A DNA stretch of 64,000 nucleotides from Azolla caroliniana. Lineage: Eukaryota; Plantae; Polypodiophyta. Under the pieces are notes generated by a model. That model saw only the letters and a program-made list of their open reading frames with translations, made no database searches and was not told the DNA's origin. The stretch covers positions 7,192,001 through 7,256,000 of the forward strand of contig JBHGNT010000015.1 of the NCBI GenBank assembly GCA_043228905.1, written 5' to 3'. This document shows positions 41,317 to 53,936 of the stretch, piece by piece. Each line of letters opens with the position of its first letter. Within the stretch, counting starts at the first letter, position 1. The position numbers were made by a program, and so were the translations under genes.

Positions 41317-42829
41317 ATAGAATGAAAGAGAAGGTTCTCACTCATCCATCGGGAAGGAAAGGAATATGCTTCTAGTGATCCATCATTAATTGCTTTCCTC
41401 TACGTAACGGAGTAGAGATATACTATATCATACCATCATTTAAATCTGTTCTACAACATGGGTCTACAAATTTTTAGTAGGTTTCTGTCTAAGGAAACAA
41501 CAGTGTGTCTTCATGATTGGACTGACCAACTTGTCATCTCCTCCTTGCTCAGCAGTTTTGTTCCTTTACTGCTCGCGCTGGATTTTGTTGTTCCCTTTAA
41601 CCTTAATTCATCAAAACAAATGTTTTCTACTGAACTTGTTTTATTCATTTTGCTGGTTTTGTAATGACAAAAGAGAATACTGCCCAGAGAATCCTGCTAA
41701 GAACTGTTAATTGTATCAGAAATGATTAACAATAAAGGGAGAATGGTGCTCATTATAAAGCCCCTTCCCCTCTCCCCTGTTTTGCTTTCAACTGTTAATT
41801 GGTAATGGATGATACCTACCACAAATGGCGATATTTTGCAGAGTGATAGTAATGAAATGGTTTTGTAGCCAAAGTTGGCATGGCGGTATAATACATACAT
41901 ACATACATATATACATACATACACACATATATATGTATGGGATATCTGTGCTCTTATGGGATGGACCACAGACAGATTTAAATGATGAACAAAAGAAGTC
42001 TTTTCTTAAATTGCGGATGACAATGACAGAAGTGGCCTGCCTCATGGGATTATTGTTCTCAAGCATATCTATCAACACCAATTTATCATCCAATTACTCG
42101 TGCCTTGTCTTACCTTGATTGATTTCCTTGCCCTGTGAGTAACTCTTGGCTTGGCTTGCCTAGAGTATTTGCTTTTCCTTTATTTTAGACCTACTTTTTT
42201 CTTGTCAATTCTTTACAACATGTAGACTCGAGTACTCTTGTCTTAGGTTGCCTAGAGGCTTGCTCTTGGTTTAAACTTTAGAGCTAGGTTCCCTTTTTTC
42301 CTATTCAATTCTTTACAAAGCTATTCATTGGTATCTATGGAATTGAAACTTATTATAGATCTTGTCACTCAAATAGGCGATTATGAAACCCCCACAAGGA
42401 ACATAAACATGATACCCTCTTGGAGGGTTATGACATCGCTTCAAACTCCCTTTGGAAAAAAAGTCATGGCGGACAATACAACCCACTCCAACCATGATTT
42501 CGAGGCAACTTGTAGCAACTCAAATGCATATATTGATATTGAACATGACTCACTAGCATTTGACGATTATCCTTGTCTTCAAAACTAGCCTCGAGCTTTA
42601 TAGCGAAGGTCAAAATCTTCCAAATTTAGAGCTATTTTTTTGAGCAATGGTATAAACAAACTTAGACTTGGTGTTATGAGGTTAGATATGTCGGTTGATG
42701 CCATGAGGATGTAGTTGTATGAAGATTTGATTTAAAAGATTATAAAGCTTTGATTGGACTACATTACATGTCATCAAATTTCTTTAGCAAAAACTAATCT
42801 TTGCATTGATGAGTATAAATGTTGAAGGC

Positions 42830-44775
42830 GTCGGAAATGAACTCCATTCGGCAAAATAAGACTTGGGACTTGGTCGAATTACCGAAGAATCGACGTGTTC
42901 TTCCATTCAAGTGGGTCTATAGACTAAAAGAGTGCGTCACAATATGGTGTCGATTTTGACGAAATCTTTTCACCGGTGGTGAAAATGACAACCCTTCGCT
43001 TTTATGGTCGGCGTCCTGGCTGTCGAGAACTTGGAGTTGATTCCGCTAGATGTCAAAACAACTTCCTCCAGGCTAACCTAGAGGAGGAAATTTCTATGGT
43101 GCAACCGAAAGGCTTCATGGTATCCGGCCAAGAACATGTAGTCTACCGACTCAGAAAGAGTCTTTACGGCCTGAAACAGGCATCGAGACAGTGGTACAAG
43201 AAGTTTGACGACTTCATCCAATCAGTCGGCTTATCCAAGAATGATGAGGATCACTGCCTCTTCACCAAAACAACTCAAGTTGGGTCACCCATCTTCCTCA
43301 TCATTTATGTGGATGACATGCTACTCTCCGGTCGACATGCCGGAGAGCTCGCTGAACTTGTTCGGCAACTGCGGTTGAAGTTTGGCATGAAGAACCTTGG
43401 TCCGGCAAGACACATTCTAGAGATGAGGATAAGTCATATTCGAACTCGACGACAACTGTTTCTGTCTCAAGCCGACTATATTGGACGTGTCTTAGAACAC
43501 TTCAACATGCAATCAACCAAATCTACTTCGGCTGTGAGTCTTTGGCTGTCTTAGCGAGATTGTCCGACATCTGGTCCGAAGGGGGAAGTTATGATGTCGG
43601 TACCGTATGCATTGGCAGTCAGCTCCTTGATGTACCTGATGGTCGTGACATGGCTTGACATTGCTCATGCTGTAGGAGTCGTCAACACATTTATGCAGAA
43701 TCTCGACTGATCGCATTGGAATGCAATAAAGCATGTGTTCAGATATCTGGTGGGCAAAAAAGACTATGGCATCCTATTCAGTCCGAACGACACTTCAGGC
43801 GTAGCTAGTTATACCGTCTCGGACATTGCCAGTTGCATAGGTAGTCGAAAGTCGACAACTAGATATTGCTTTAAATTCGGCAATGGAGCAATCTCGTGGA
43901 AGTCGAAACTTCAGGAATGCTGTCACGGACACATCACTATGTCGTAACAAGTGCACTGCTACGTCAACAACCGAGGCCGAATATGTTGCCATATCCGATG
44001 CGGTGAAAGAGGCTTTATGGCTCGGTCGGTTGGCTCGCATGTTTCGACAAGTTGATTTCGACTTGGCTCTACTTGTCTACAGTGACAGTTAGCGTACTGT
44101 CCCATTGTCGAGAAATTCGGTTCAACACAACACCTCGAAGCATATAGACGTGAGATATCACTTTGTTCGGGACTATGTCATTTTAGGGAAAATCGGCCTC
44201 CAGAAGATACCTATAGCCAATAATGTCGCAGATCAATTCCGATCCCTTTGGTAGTAGATGGGCGTAACGAAGAATTAGTCCGATTGCGTCGGACATGCAG
44301 GATGGTTTTGGATAAACAACATCGATAGTTCGAAGTTCGGCCTCAACTCTTCTGACCCCAATTGACTGAGCCTTCTATTCTCGAATTTTGCCAACTTGAA
44401 CAAAACCGAATTGTTCGACAACCTTGTATAAATCCGTAATTCTTGTTACAGATCCTCTGTTGTATACGCCCATTATGAGGGAGTGTCGAATACGGGTCTC
44501 TAATGGATGTATTCACATTGTTCCATTGGACACACTAGGTTTAGACTACTCTTGTAAATAATGTAAAGGGCAGTTGCCCTAAGTCAGTCAGTATTTAAAT
44601 TGACTCTTGGAACCTAGTGTTAAGGTTGTTCATCTTGTACATTGTGCCACTGTAACTCTTTGAGAATAATATACTTACATCTTGTTTGTGCCTACTATGT
44701 TGTCTCTTTTCTCCTTGTTTCCTCGTTGATCTTGTTTTATGTTATTATCAATTTGATTCTCCCTATTCCCTGACA
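42830..44775 (+). mobile_element. Degenerate copia 3' half (RT, RNase H, LTR), related to 32909-36747
   Basis: YVDDMLLSG and FKFGNGAISWKSKLQ. PPT then LTR 44484-44775 (TGTCGA...TGACA). Confidence 0.88.
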
Positions 44776-44829
44776 ATCTTCATCACAAAGAGATGCTGAG
44801 ATTGTTCCTCACTTGATAGATTAGAATCG

Positions 44830-45560
44830 GATCAACAACCTTTAAAAAGGTATTCCTTTCCACCATTGGTCCTGAGATACTTAATCTTGTTGCATGTCTC
44901 CTTCACCTTCAAGAAGCAAGAGATGACTTCACTCTTCTTCTCAAATAAACATGCCCAGGTGATTCGAGTGAAGTCATTGATGAAGGTCACGAAATATCGG
45001 CTCCCTCCGATGCTCATGTTTTGTGCCGGTCCCTACACATCCGAGTGTATCAAATTGAGCTCATTTAAGTTTCGATTATGCTCGTTGGGGAAATGAAGCC
45101 GGCACTGCTTCCCTAACTACCAGGCTTCATAGACTTGGCTTTTTCGGCCACTGAATTTCAACAATCCGAAAATTATGTTCTTCGTTTGCATCTCTTGAAG
45201 CCGTGGGAAGTTGACGTGGTCGATCTGCTTGTGTCATAAGTTGATATCCGATTCGACTTTCTGTACTTTGGCGAACATTGTGGCGCTGACATCATTTGTC
45301 TCAAAGATTAACATCCTTCCCTCTCAGCGCCCTTGTGCGATGATCTGGCCTTCTTCCTTGATGAAGCACCCGAGATGAGTGAACTTGACATGCATCCCTT
45401 GATCGACGATATGTCTGACCAACACCATGTTTTTGGTGATCGTCAAAACGTGCAAGATGTTCCTCATAATTCCTCCCTGGCCAACATGGCTTAGAGGGAC
45501 GTCTCTAATATGTTCGATGGGGTGAGGGGTGTTGTAGCTAGTTTCGACGATCCCTAGCTA
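44830..45560 (-). mobile_element. Copia integrase / GAG-pre-integrase remnant
   Basis: RYFVTFINDFTRITW...YLRTNGGKEY on the minus strand. Confidence 0.75.
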
Positions 45561-48462
45561 TTTCGACTCTCACTACCATCTATCAGAGTCAACTACGCTT
45601 GATGCAATTTTTTCTGAATCAACACACTTCTTCCAACATTCGCTTTCTTTGTGGCCCTTTTGGCCATAGTTCAATAGTCCATGGCTTTCCCTTGCCGACT
45701 TCCGATGCCATCCTAAGTCCCCCTACTCGTAGAGGGTCCACTATTGTCGATACTTCCTCTATGCCTCTGATTCTGCTCTTGCCGGCCACCTCCATTTCGT
45801 GTCGACCCACCTCGTTCTCCACAACCATGGGGCCAATCCACCTCCATGTACAACATCTTGTTGTGGGTGTGTGTGCTCCTTGACGCACCTATGTGGTTCT
45901 TCTCTACAAGGAGCATCAACTACAAGTCTAAAAACGAAGGAAGCTTCTCCCTTGTGCAGATAACCGTCTAAATCGGCCCGTACTTCTGAGCTAACCCACC
46001 CAGGTAGATTTGCACCACCTCATCTTCATCCACAGTCACGTTGATGGACCCAATTGCATCACAAATATCTTATAGTCTTCATGGTATAGTCAGTTACCTA
46101 CATTCCTCCTTGTCGGAGGTTGTTGAACTCTTGTCTAAGTTGCAACTTACAGGATGCGGTGTTGGCGACGAAGACCCTCTACAGGTTCCCCCAAGTATTC
46201 TTCGGGGACTTCGCATTCCTGATGTACCCAAGCATGTGGTTATGGACACACAAGGCAAAGCAATACAAGACTTGGCTTGGTGCTTGCTCCCAAGTTGGGA
46301 AATCTCTGTTCCGGTGCCGCATCGTTAGCTCCTTCGACATAGCTCCAGTGTCCGAGCATTGACTAGTGCATCTTGTACGGCCAAGATGTGTAGTTTCTCC
46401 TGTCGAGCTTTTCCGTCGAAAGGGAGCTGCCCATTCCTTTGTCTATGTTCTTATCTGTTCTTGTTTGGAAGACGAAGGCTTATCTCTGTGCCAATTCGCT
46501 TTGTCGGCCGCTACAAAGGATCTTCAATTGTCGCTTTGTCGTCTACAGTGGAAGCTTGTACACAGAGAACACATTCCACTTGTTAACCTGCCGACAGACA
46601 CAATAGGTCGAACGTTCAACTCCGTTCTGTCAAGAAGATTGTGGTGGAGAGATGGTTAGTCGAAACTAATCCACCATATGAGTCTTCTACGCGCAATCCT
46701 AAGGTTGCCACGGATTGTATCTCTTGAGTCGTTTCTCTCTTGGCATCTTCCATTAGCTTTTTCATTCCTCCTCGCCCGAAGTTGAGTTGAAGTGGTTGTC
46801 AAGTCTTTGTCGAGTGAATCTTGCCATCTTGATAGTAGATTTTATTATGATTAAGAGCATCCCTATACTCTTGGAAATCTTTCTTCTGGTGGTCGATACT
46901 ATCACACCACATACACCTTCGCACCATTCCACCTCCTTGCCTTGATGAAGTCGAGCTTTGTCCCGATTCTAGCTTCGTCACTTTGATCGACAAGTCTTTC
47001 ATGCCTTTCACCAATTCGTGTAAGAGTGATTCTTCTACTTTCTTTTCTCCCGACTCATTCCCCGTTTCTTCATCATTTCTGTCGGGCAACTCCATAAACC
47101 ATAACTTTCTTTTGCAGAAATGGGCGCACGTCCTTTTCACCTCCTCCCAGTCTTCGGTAAGTCCACTTGGACTATTCTGATCTTCTAAAAGCATTCCCAA
47201 GTCCTTCCTGTCTTTAATATTAGTAGCTTGTAGAAACAATATGACTTTATCTAGCACTATTATATTTCTATCTCTAACATTTAGTTGCTCAAATCTTTCA
47301 GAAAACTCTTTTAATACTTCCAAAACACTTAAATGTTTATTAGACTCTATCCAATCCATGAAGGCTCGCCTTGTCATCCTTGACATATCGTTGAGGTTGT
47401 ATTCATTTAGCAATGCTCTTTCGAAAGTCACCCATGTCTGATGTTCCCTCTGTAGCTCTTGGATCCTTTCTTGTAGCCCAATCGCAGCGACTCGACTAAA
47501 GCTATTAATTTTTGCAGCTTCGTCGACACCGCATTTAAGCATTTCTTCATTATAAATCTTCAAAAATCTTGTTAAATTTATACCTTCGAAGATTCCTACT
47601 TGTGCGAGAATATCGTCGACGGCTTTGTCGATGCTTGCCATCATCTCTTGTTCCCGCATCACTCGTTCCATCATCGTACACATAAGCCTCATTTGCTCCT
47701 CCATTTCTCCTCGACGCCGCCTTCACGTCGGGTTCACCAAATGTGTTGGGGTAGTTGTGGTTCGTGCGGCGAAGTCGCAGGGACTAAGGTTAAGGGGAGT
47801 TGAAGGAGCTTAACTTTTAATAAGGCTTGTATGGTGATGATAGAATGGTTAAGGATAGTAAGACGAAGAGTTACGAATAATGTGTGTGTGTGTGTGAGAG
47901 AGAGAGAGACAATCATAGATAAAAGATAAAGACAATGTATGATTCAAGAAAGAAGATTGAGACAAAGTATGATTCTAGAAAGAAGATTGAGACAAAGCAT
48001 GATTCAAAGAACAAGAGTATATGATATAAACATGATGTATATTAAAAATATAATATTTTACAATCCTTGATCGCAAGATGAATCTTTTGAATACCGACCC
48101 TTGATTTGAACCCACGACCTCAACTTCGAAACAAAAGGTTCTCCACCCAATGAGCTAGTCTTCTTTACTTGATTGTATTATTTTCTCACCCTCTCTTCAT
48201 CCCTCTTGTTTTCCTTGCCCCTCTTTATATAAGTGTTGCCATGCATATGGTAATGTATGGGAGCATGGCATGCATGCAATGCATGAGTTACATGTAATGC
48301 ATGATTGCCATTTGGCGCACATGCATTGCATGTGATGAATGATGGCTATGTATGAAAATAGATATGGGATAAGTATAATGATGAAAATGCATTCTAAAAT
48401 AACTAACCTAGCTTAGTGGTGTATGCTTGGTGCTTGGTATACAAGGTTGAGGATTCAAGTCC

Positions 48463-48498
48463 AACACGTTCGCGTTCACAAGTGGAAGGATTGCGCAT
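48463..48498 (+). repeat. Left terminal inverted repeat
   Basis: aacacgttcgcgttcacaagtggaaggattgcgcat. Confidence 0.95.
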
Positions 48499-49509
48499 TC
48501 CACTTGTAGAATCTTCTTAAAACGAAGCAAATACACCCTCTCTACAATAATTGGATGCACTAGTATCACATGTTCCTCAACTTGATAAGAATTTGCAAAT
48601 ATAAAAATACATGATAGATCTACGAGTGGAGATCATTAGAAATCATGCAAGTTTAGACATGTTGATAAGTTAATGTATCTAAATAAAGTTCAACTATGGC
48701 TCAATATGGCACTATTGTGCGACAAGGGAAACACTAACTTAAAGACTTATATTAATTAGGTAGGTTTTACAAAATTATGAGGTGTACTTGTATCCATACT
48801 AATAAAATGAGATATAATTTATACTTTGACCCATACGTGCATGTATGTAATTGTCGAAAATGTAGGATAGTGCACATTAGGATAAGTGATTGGAATAACT
48901 AACTTATTAAAGTATTCAATACTTATATTAAAAGTTGATCTAATCTATTCCTCAGTTTGTTCATATGGGATCAAACCATATGTGTATATAATTGTGCACA
49001 ATGTAAGGCAGTGAACTTTAGGATAATGTCGTGGAAATAACAAACCTATTAGGCTTTCATACCTGTATTTAAAATTGATCTACTCTATTGCTTAGGTGAT
49101 TCACACAAGATCAAACTCCGAACGATAACGCAACTGGAACCATTATCAACACACTACACAAACTAAGCAGCAATGGAATAGAAACATAATAGTTTTAACA
49201 ATATAAGACAAAGATCCATAATAACAACATGGACAGTCATGGCAATAATTATAGGGCCATGTTCTGTTAAGGTTAGCTTGGACCAAAATCAGCCTCCATT
49301 TAAGCTAGTTCATGTTTCTCCATAAGTTTGGTAGTCAGCTATGCACGCGGTGAAACCAATATCATAAATCTACTAATGAGGTATATAAAAATAAAATTGA
49401 AACATATAGATGATTATAAAGAATAGAATCCACTAGGTAAAACCCAAAATTTGTATTAATAATGTGAAATCTTAACAAATCGTCAGTGTCATATTCTTTA
49501 TAGAGTCTA

Positions 49510-52500
49510 TTACATAGCAATCAATTCATCTACGTCATTTTCTTCATCATCTTGTGTAGAACTGTCTTCGGCTATACGTGCATTGGTTTCCCCTGTTAGC
49601 CGGGCCAACGAAATATCTTCTATAAGCTCATCATCAAGCTCTATTAGCTCTCCCGGTTCGCCGGCTAACGGAGGAATAGGCTCTCGCGAAGCGGGTTGAA
49701 ACCTTTCTGTATTGGCGAGGTTCTTTGCACCGACCTCCTCATCCTGGTCTGGGCACTCCCACAAAGCCTTAATCCGCATATTAATAAATATAACTTGGTC
49801 CTCGTCCTTCTCCAATGCAACTGTATTCCTAAACAGCTTCAATGCACATGCTGACGTAGTTCCTATGATGTAAGTAACAAGAAGATTTAGTTGTCAAACG
49901 ATAAAAGTGATTGGTTATCTCAAGATCGTTACCCTAGTTCGAGGAATACCTGTGCCAGAAAAGAGATCTAATATCCAGTCTCCTTCGACAGAAAACATCT
50001 CGATCAAGCGCATCATAAGTCGTTGAGGTTTTTGGTATGGGTTGACAAGTCCCCGTTCTGTCGTGGTGACATGTCGCAATTTCCGAGTCACTGCTGGATA
50101 TACCCACAGATTTGAACCTCCCACTTCATTAGAATGCTCTTTGATTCTCTGTTTTTTAATTTCATCGAAGTAGCCAACCGTTATGTATTCAATGGCATTA
50201 ACGAACCGAAAAGTTGGCCCTCTATTTACATTGGTCTTGATCCTATAAAAAATAATTCATCGAGTTAAAAATAGATTCAACAACCTTAAGAATTGCAATA
50301 TAATGAAAGACACCTATAAATAATCCTTACCATGCAAGGTTCTCGATGCCATGGCAACGAGATCTCAAAGCTTGAGCTACCGAGTACCCTTGGTCCATAC
50401 TATGAAAGACAACTATTCGCCACAAGGATGCGGTCGTTAGCTCAGCGAAATCCTTGACCATCTTCTCCAATTGTTTAAACCTAAACGGTTCATCGTCGTA
50501 TGATGACCCAGCCATTCGAAATCCGTAAGGAATATCCGCAATCATTAGCGTATATTCCTTCTTTGGCACCTTCTGGATCAAGTCGATGACATCACCGCAA
50601 ACCACATTGTAGTAAAGATCTCTCGTAATATCTTTCTTGTGGCTAAAATTTTTAAACGAGCCATCTTCCTCCATTTCGTACGCCTTGACTAAGCGACGAT
50701 CCTTTTCTTTTCTGGCTCGCTCGAGATGTGCAAGGAAGGATGTAGGGAAATCGTGTATATCCTTAACTTCTCCTTGTTTCTTGCCTCGACACGGTTTCTA
50801 ATAGAAGCAATAGGACATCAGGTATTATTATACAACCTCTACATATGATGAAAGGGTAATGAAAAAATATCAATACTAACCCAATCCTTGAATGCAATAA
50901 AATACTCTGATAACGCCTTATACGAAGACGTTAGAGGATAATCCTCGGTCACTTGTTCCCAAGTTATACATCCAAGTTGTTTCATCATTACTTCTTGGAT
51001 CTTCATGTACACCTTATGACTGTAAAATTAGAAATCAAGATTAGAACTTTGAATTACACCAGATAGACTACAATTTCAGTATTTGAAAGACTTACTTATT
51101 GAACTCGGTGACCATTTCTTCAAGGCTTAAATCTTTCGCCACAACCCTTGACAAAACGGACACAAGAAGCTGCTCGTCCTTAATACCTTGCATCGCTCTC
51201 CATAGAGACAGCTTCATGTCGTCTGCCGCTTCTTCAATTGTCAAGTCAATTTTCTTGGCGGCTTGTGACTTTAATTCTAGTTGAGGGTCAACCCTACATT
51301 TCTTTTGTCGTTGACCCTTTACCTCCTTATTCTCCCACATTGAGAAGATTTGATCTTGGAGGTCCCATACTTCTCCATCTCTAAACGCCAATTGAAACCA
51401 AGATTCATACTTTCGAAGACCATCGGACCTAACATTATCATCTACCACAATGCCGACTTCATGCAGACATTGACGTTGAAGGCCTGGATGTAACTTCACA
51501 CCAAACTTTTGTTTCACATCTAAATACTCGTGGTGGAAGAACCGGATACGCTCAATAGACGACATTTTCTGCCTATAGTCATTATCATTATTATGGTCCC
51601 ATGCCAACAGCTTAGCCTCTTCGGTTGTGAGCCCAACATATATTTTGCACTCGGCATACTTGAAGAAGAAAGTGGTTGGATGTTCTCTTACAAGTTGTCG
51701 ACGTGCCTCTGCTGAATGCGATCCACCAATGACAAAATAATTATATTGATCATGCTTTCTGATATCAAAATCTTCAATGGTTTCACATTCTTCAGGATCC
51801 ACCATAACAATAAAAGGCACCACTGTGGCATGAGGATTAATTTTCATTTTTTTCTTGAGATTTTGAACATGCATGCGATGAGGCTCTCTAATCTCAAGTG
51901 GTCTTCGACCTGTTTTTTCATCAATAGGGGGCCGATGGATGTGTGTTATAGGCAAATTAAATACTTGCCCTTTCCTGACCAGCTTCCGTTGCATTAACTC
52001 TCTTCTTATTTTATTCTGCTCGGATGACAAAACACCCGAGGCCAGCTCGGCTCCTGGCGTCCCTTTATTATCCTCTTCTTCATTTTCACTTGTCGAATCC
52101 GTATCTGACATTTTCGTTGTCTTCTTCTTGGCTGGTCTTGACTGGACTTTGGATACCTTTTTAGTGGCCTTCAAGTGGGAGGGCTCTTCATCTCGTAGAG
52201 TTACATGGCCTTGTATATAAGGCCTCAAGGTAACAATCAGGTTTTGTGAGTTATCAAGTGCTTTTTTGAACACTTCAGGCCCACAAGATTCCTTTACTAA
52301 AAGATCTTCTGAAAGGAACACTTTGCGTACCCCCTTGGAGCAGTCTATCATTACCAGTATGTTGGCCGAATCTGCATCTTCGTAGTCAAATCGTAGAATT
52401 CGGCCATACATAAATGGAGTTTCTTTTCCTAGCTGCCCCTCACCCTTCTTCTTTGCTGTATACAATACGACTTTTTTCTTTGAGTCGACATATTGCATAC

Positions 52501-52762
52501 ACCATTCCTTGTCCGTTAGATCTCGGTCAGGAAGGTCTTCGCCTCCAGTAGCGGCGACAATTTTCTTTTGGCTTACATCACTATGGGGCTGAGATTTTGT
52601 CTCTTCGTTAAAGAGAAGCTTTTTTCCTCTCTTCATGGTCTCCGGAGTTACCTTGGTCTGGGCTTCGATTGGAGAACCTTGTATGCGAAGCTTAATTTTC
52701 TTCACGGGTCGGTCTGACAGATTCTCAAACGACCTATTTAAGAAAGTATATGCATTTGCCAT
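49510..52762 (-). CDS. ParB/Srx-like domain fused to a beta-class N6-adenine/N4-cytosine DNA methyltransferase, 5 exons, 972 aa
   Basis: Exons 52762-51096, 51019-50881, 50797-50331, 50242-49950, 49862-49510 (2919 nt, GT-AG, frame preserved, no stops). Motifs VCGDVIDLI, IADIPYG (motif IV), AWIKTN, NPYQKPQRLMMRLIEMFSVEGDWILDLFSGTGTTSACALKLFRNTVALE (motifs I/II). ParB-like VPFIVMV...YFVIGGSHSAEARRQL...GLTTEEAKLLAWDHN. Confidence 0.88.
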
Positions 52763-53147
52763 AAGTTAGACAGTTACGTAGATTGAAGTTGTTATTATAA
52801 TGAAGAACAGTTTCTAGGAGCAGTAACATATTCAAAAATCTATTCTAGGCAGGGCTATTCAACCTAGAAAATATATATCGTAATAACTAAAACGGGTTAT
52901 ATATTCTTTTAAATAGTAGGTATGACTTATATAGATTCTAAACCTATATTGATGAGAATTTGCCATAGTGAATGCAATTTGTAGATCATTTTCTACTATT
53001 TTAAGCTAAAGTAGGTCAAAAAACACCTATAATTAGAGCATGTATTTGTTTAGAAGTAAGTAAACTCAACATAAAAAGACTGATTTTGACAGACAATTTG
53101 ATAACATTTCCACCCCGTAAACGATTTTTCTCTCTCAAAGGCTACAC

Positions 53148-53709
53148 TTTAAACACGAACTCGATACGGCGTATCGAGTTCGTGTTTAAAGTATAGGTTT
53201 TAAACACGAACTGGATACGGCGTATCGAGTTCGTGTTTAAAGTATAGGTTTTAAACACGAACTCGATACGCCGTATCGAGTTCGTGTTTAAAACCTATAC
53301 TTTAAACACGAACTCGATACGGCGTATCCAGTTCGTGTTTAAAACCTATACTTTAAACACGAACTCGATTAAACACGAACTCGATACGCCGTATCCAGTT
53401 CGTGTTTAAAACCTATACTTTAAACACGAACTCGATACGGCGTATCGAGTTTGTGTTTAAAAGGTAAGTTTTAAACAGGAACTCGATACGGCGTATCGAG
53501 TTCGTGTTTAAAACCTACACTATGAACACGAACTCGATACGCCGTATCGAGTTCATGTTTAAAACCTATACTTTAAACACGAACTCGATACGGCGTATCG
53601 AGTTCATGTATACAATACAAATATTTACACACGAACTCGATACGCCGTATCGAGTTCGTGTATAAATATTTGTATTGTATACATGAACTCGATACGCCGT
53701 ATCGAGTTC
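53148..53709. repeat. Array of 11 palindromes TTTAAACACGAACTCGATACG-(G/C)-CGTATCGAGTTCGTGTTTAAA, period about 51 bp
   Basis: Units start near 53148, 53199, 53250, 53301, 53369, 53419, 53470, 53521, 53572, 53629 and 53682, plus a half unit at 53352. Spacer gtataggt or its complement acctatac; the last three units have shorter arms. Confidence 0.97.
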
Positions 53710-53832
53710 TTGGGAAACGAAACATATTTACAAAAATGTCCACAGTGTCAGAGGCCTACCTGGACTCCTCGCGCTCGACTCTCTTGGAAGACATGGTTGA
53801 TCGTGTTGTGTGGAGGCGGAGATCGCGCTTTC

Positions 53833-53901
53833 GTGCTTTGTGCCTTGAGTGCTCTGTGTGCTCTGTGTGCTCTGAGTGCTCTGTACGCTCTGTACGCTCT
53901 G
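53833..53901. repeat. 9-bp tandem repeat (gtgctctgt-like)
   Basis: gtgctttgt gccttga gtgctctgt gtgctctgt gtgctctga gtgctctgt acgctctgt acgctctg. Confidence 0.8.
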
Positions 53902-53925
53902 GTGAGTGAAATATGATGAGGTCTT

Positions 53926-53936
53926 CCTATTTATAG
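53926..53936 (-). promoter_or_regulatory. TATA-like box (CTATAAATAGG) facing the ParB-MTase gene
   Basis: Plant TATA consensus on the minus strand. Position only; no expression data. Confidence 0.35.

Noticed and set aside
49510-52762. Bacterial contamination as the source of the ParB-MTase gene
   Set aside because: It has four GT-AG introns that preserve frame, lies between TIRs with a TSD inside a plant LTR, and has a decayed paralog in the same window.
53148-53709. CRISPR array
   Set aside because: Spacers are mostly about 8 nt and repeated rather than unique, there are no cas genes, and the context is a eukaryotic TE.
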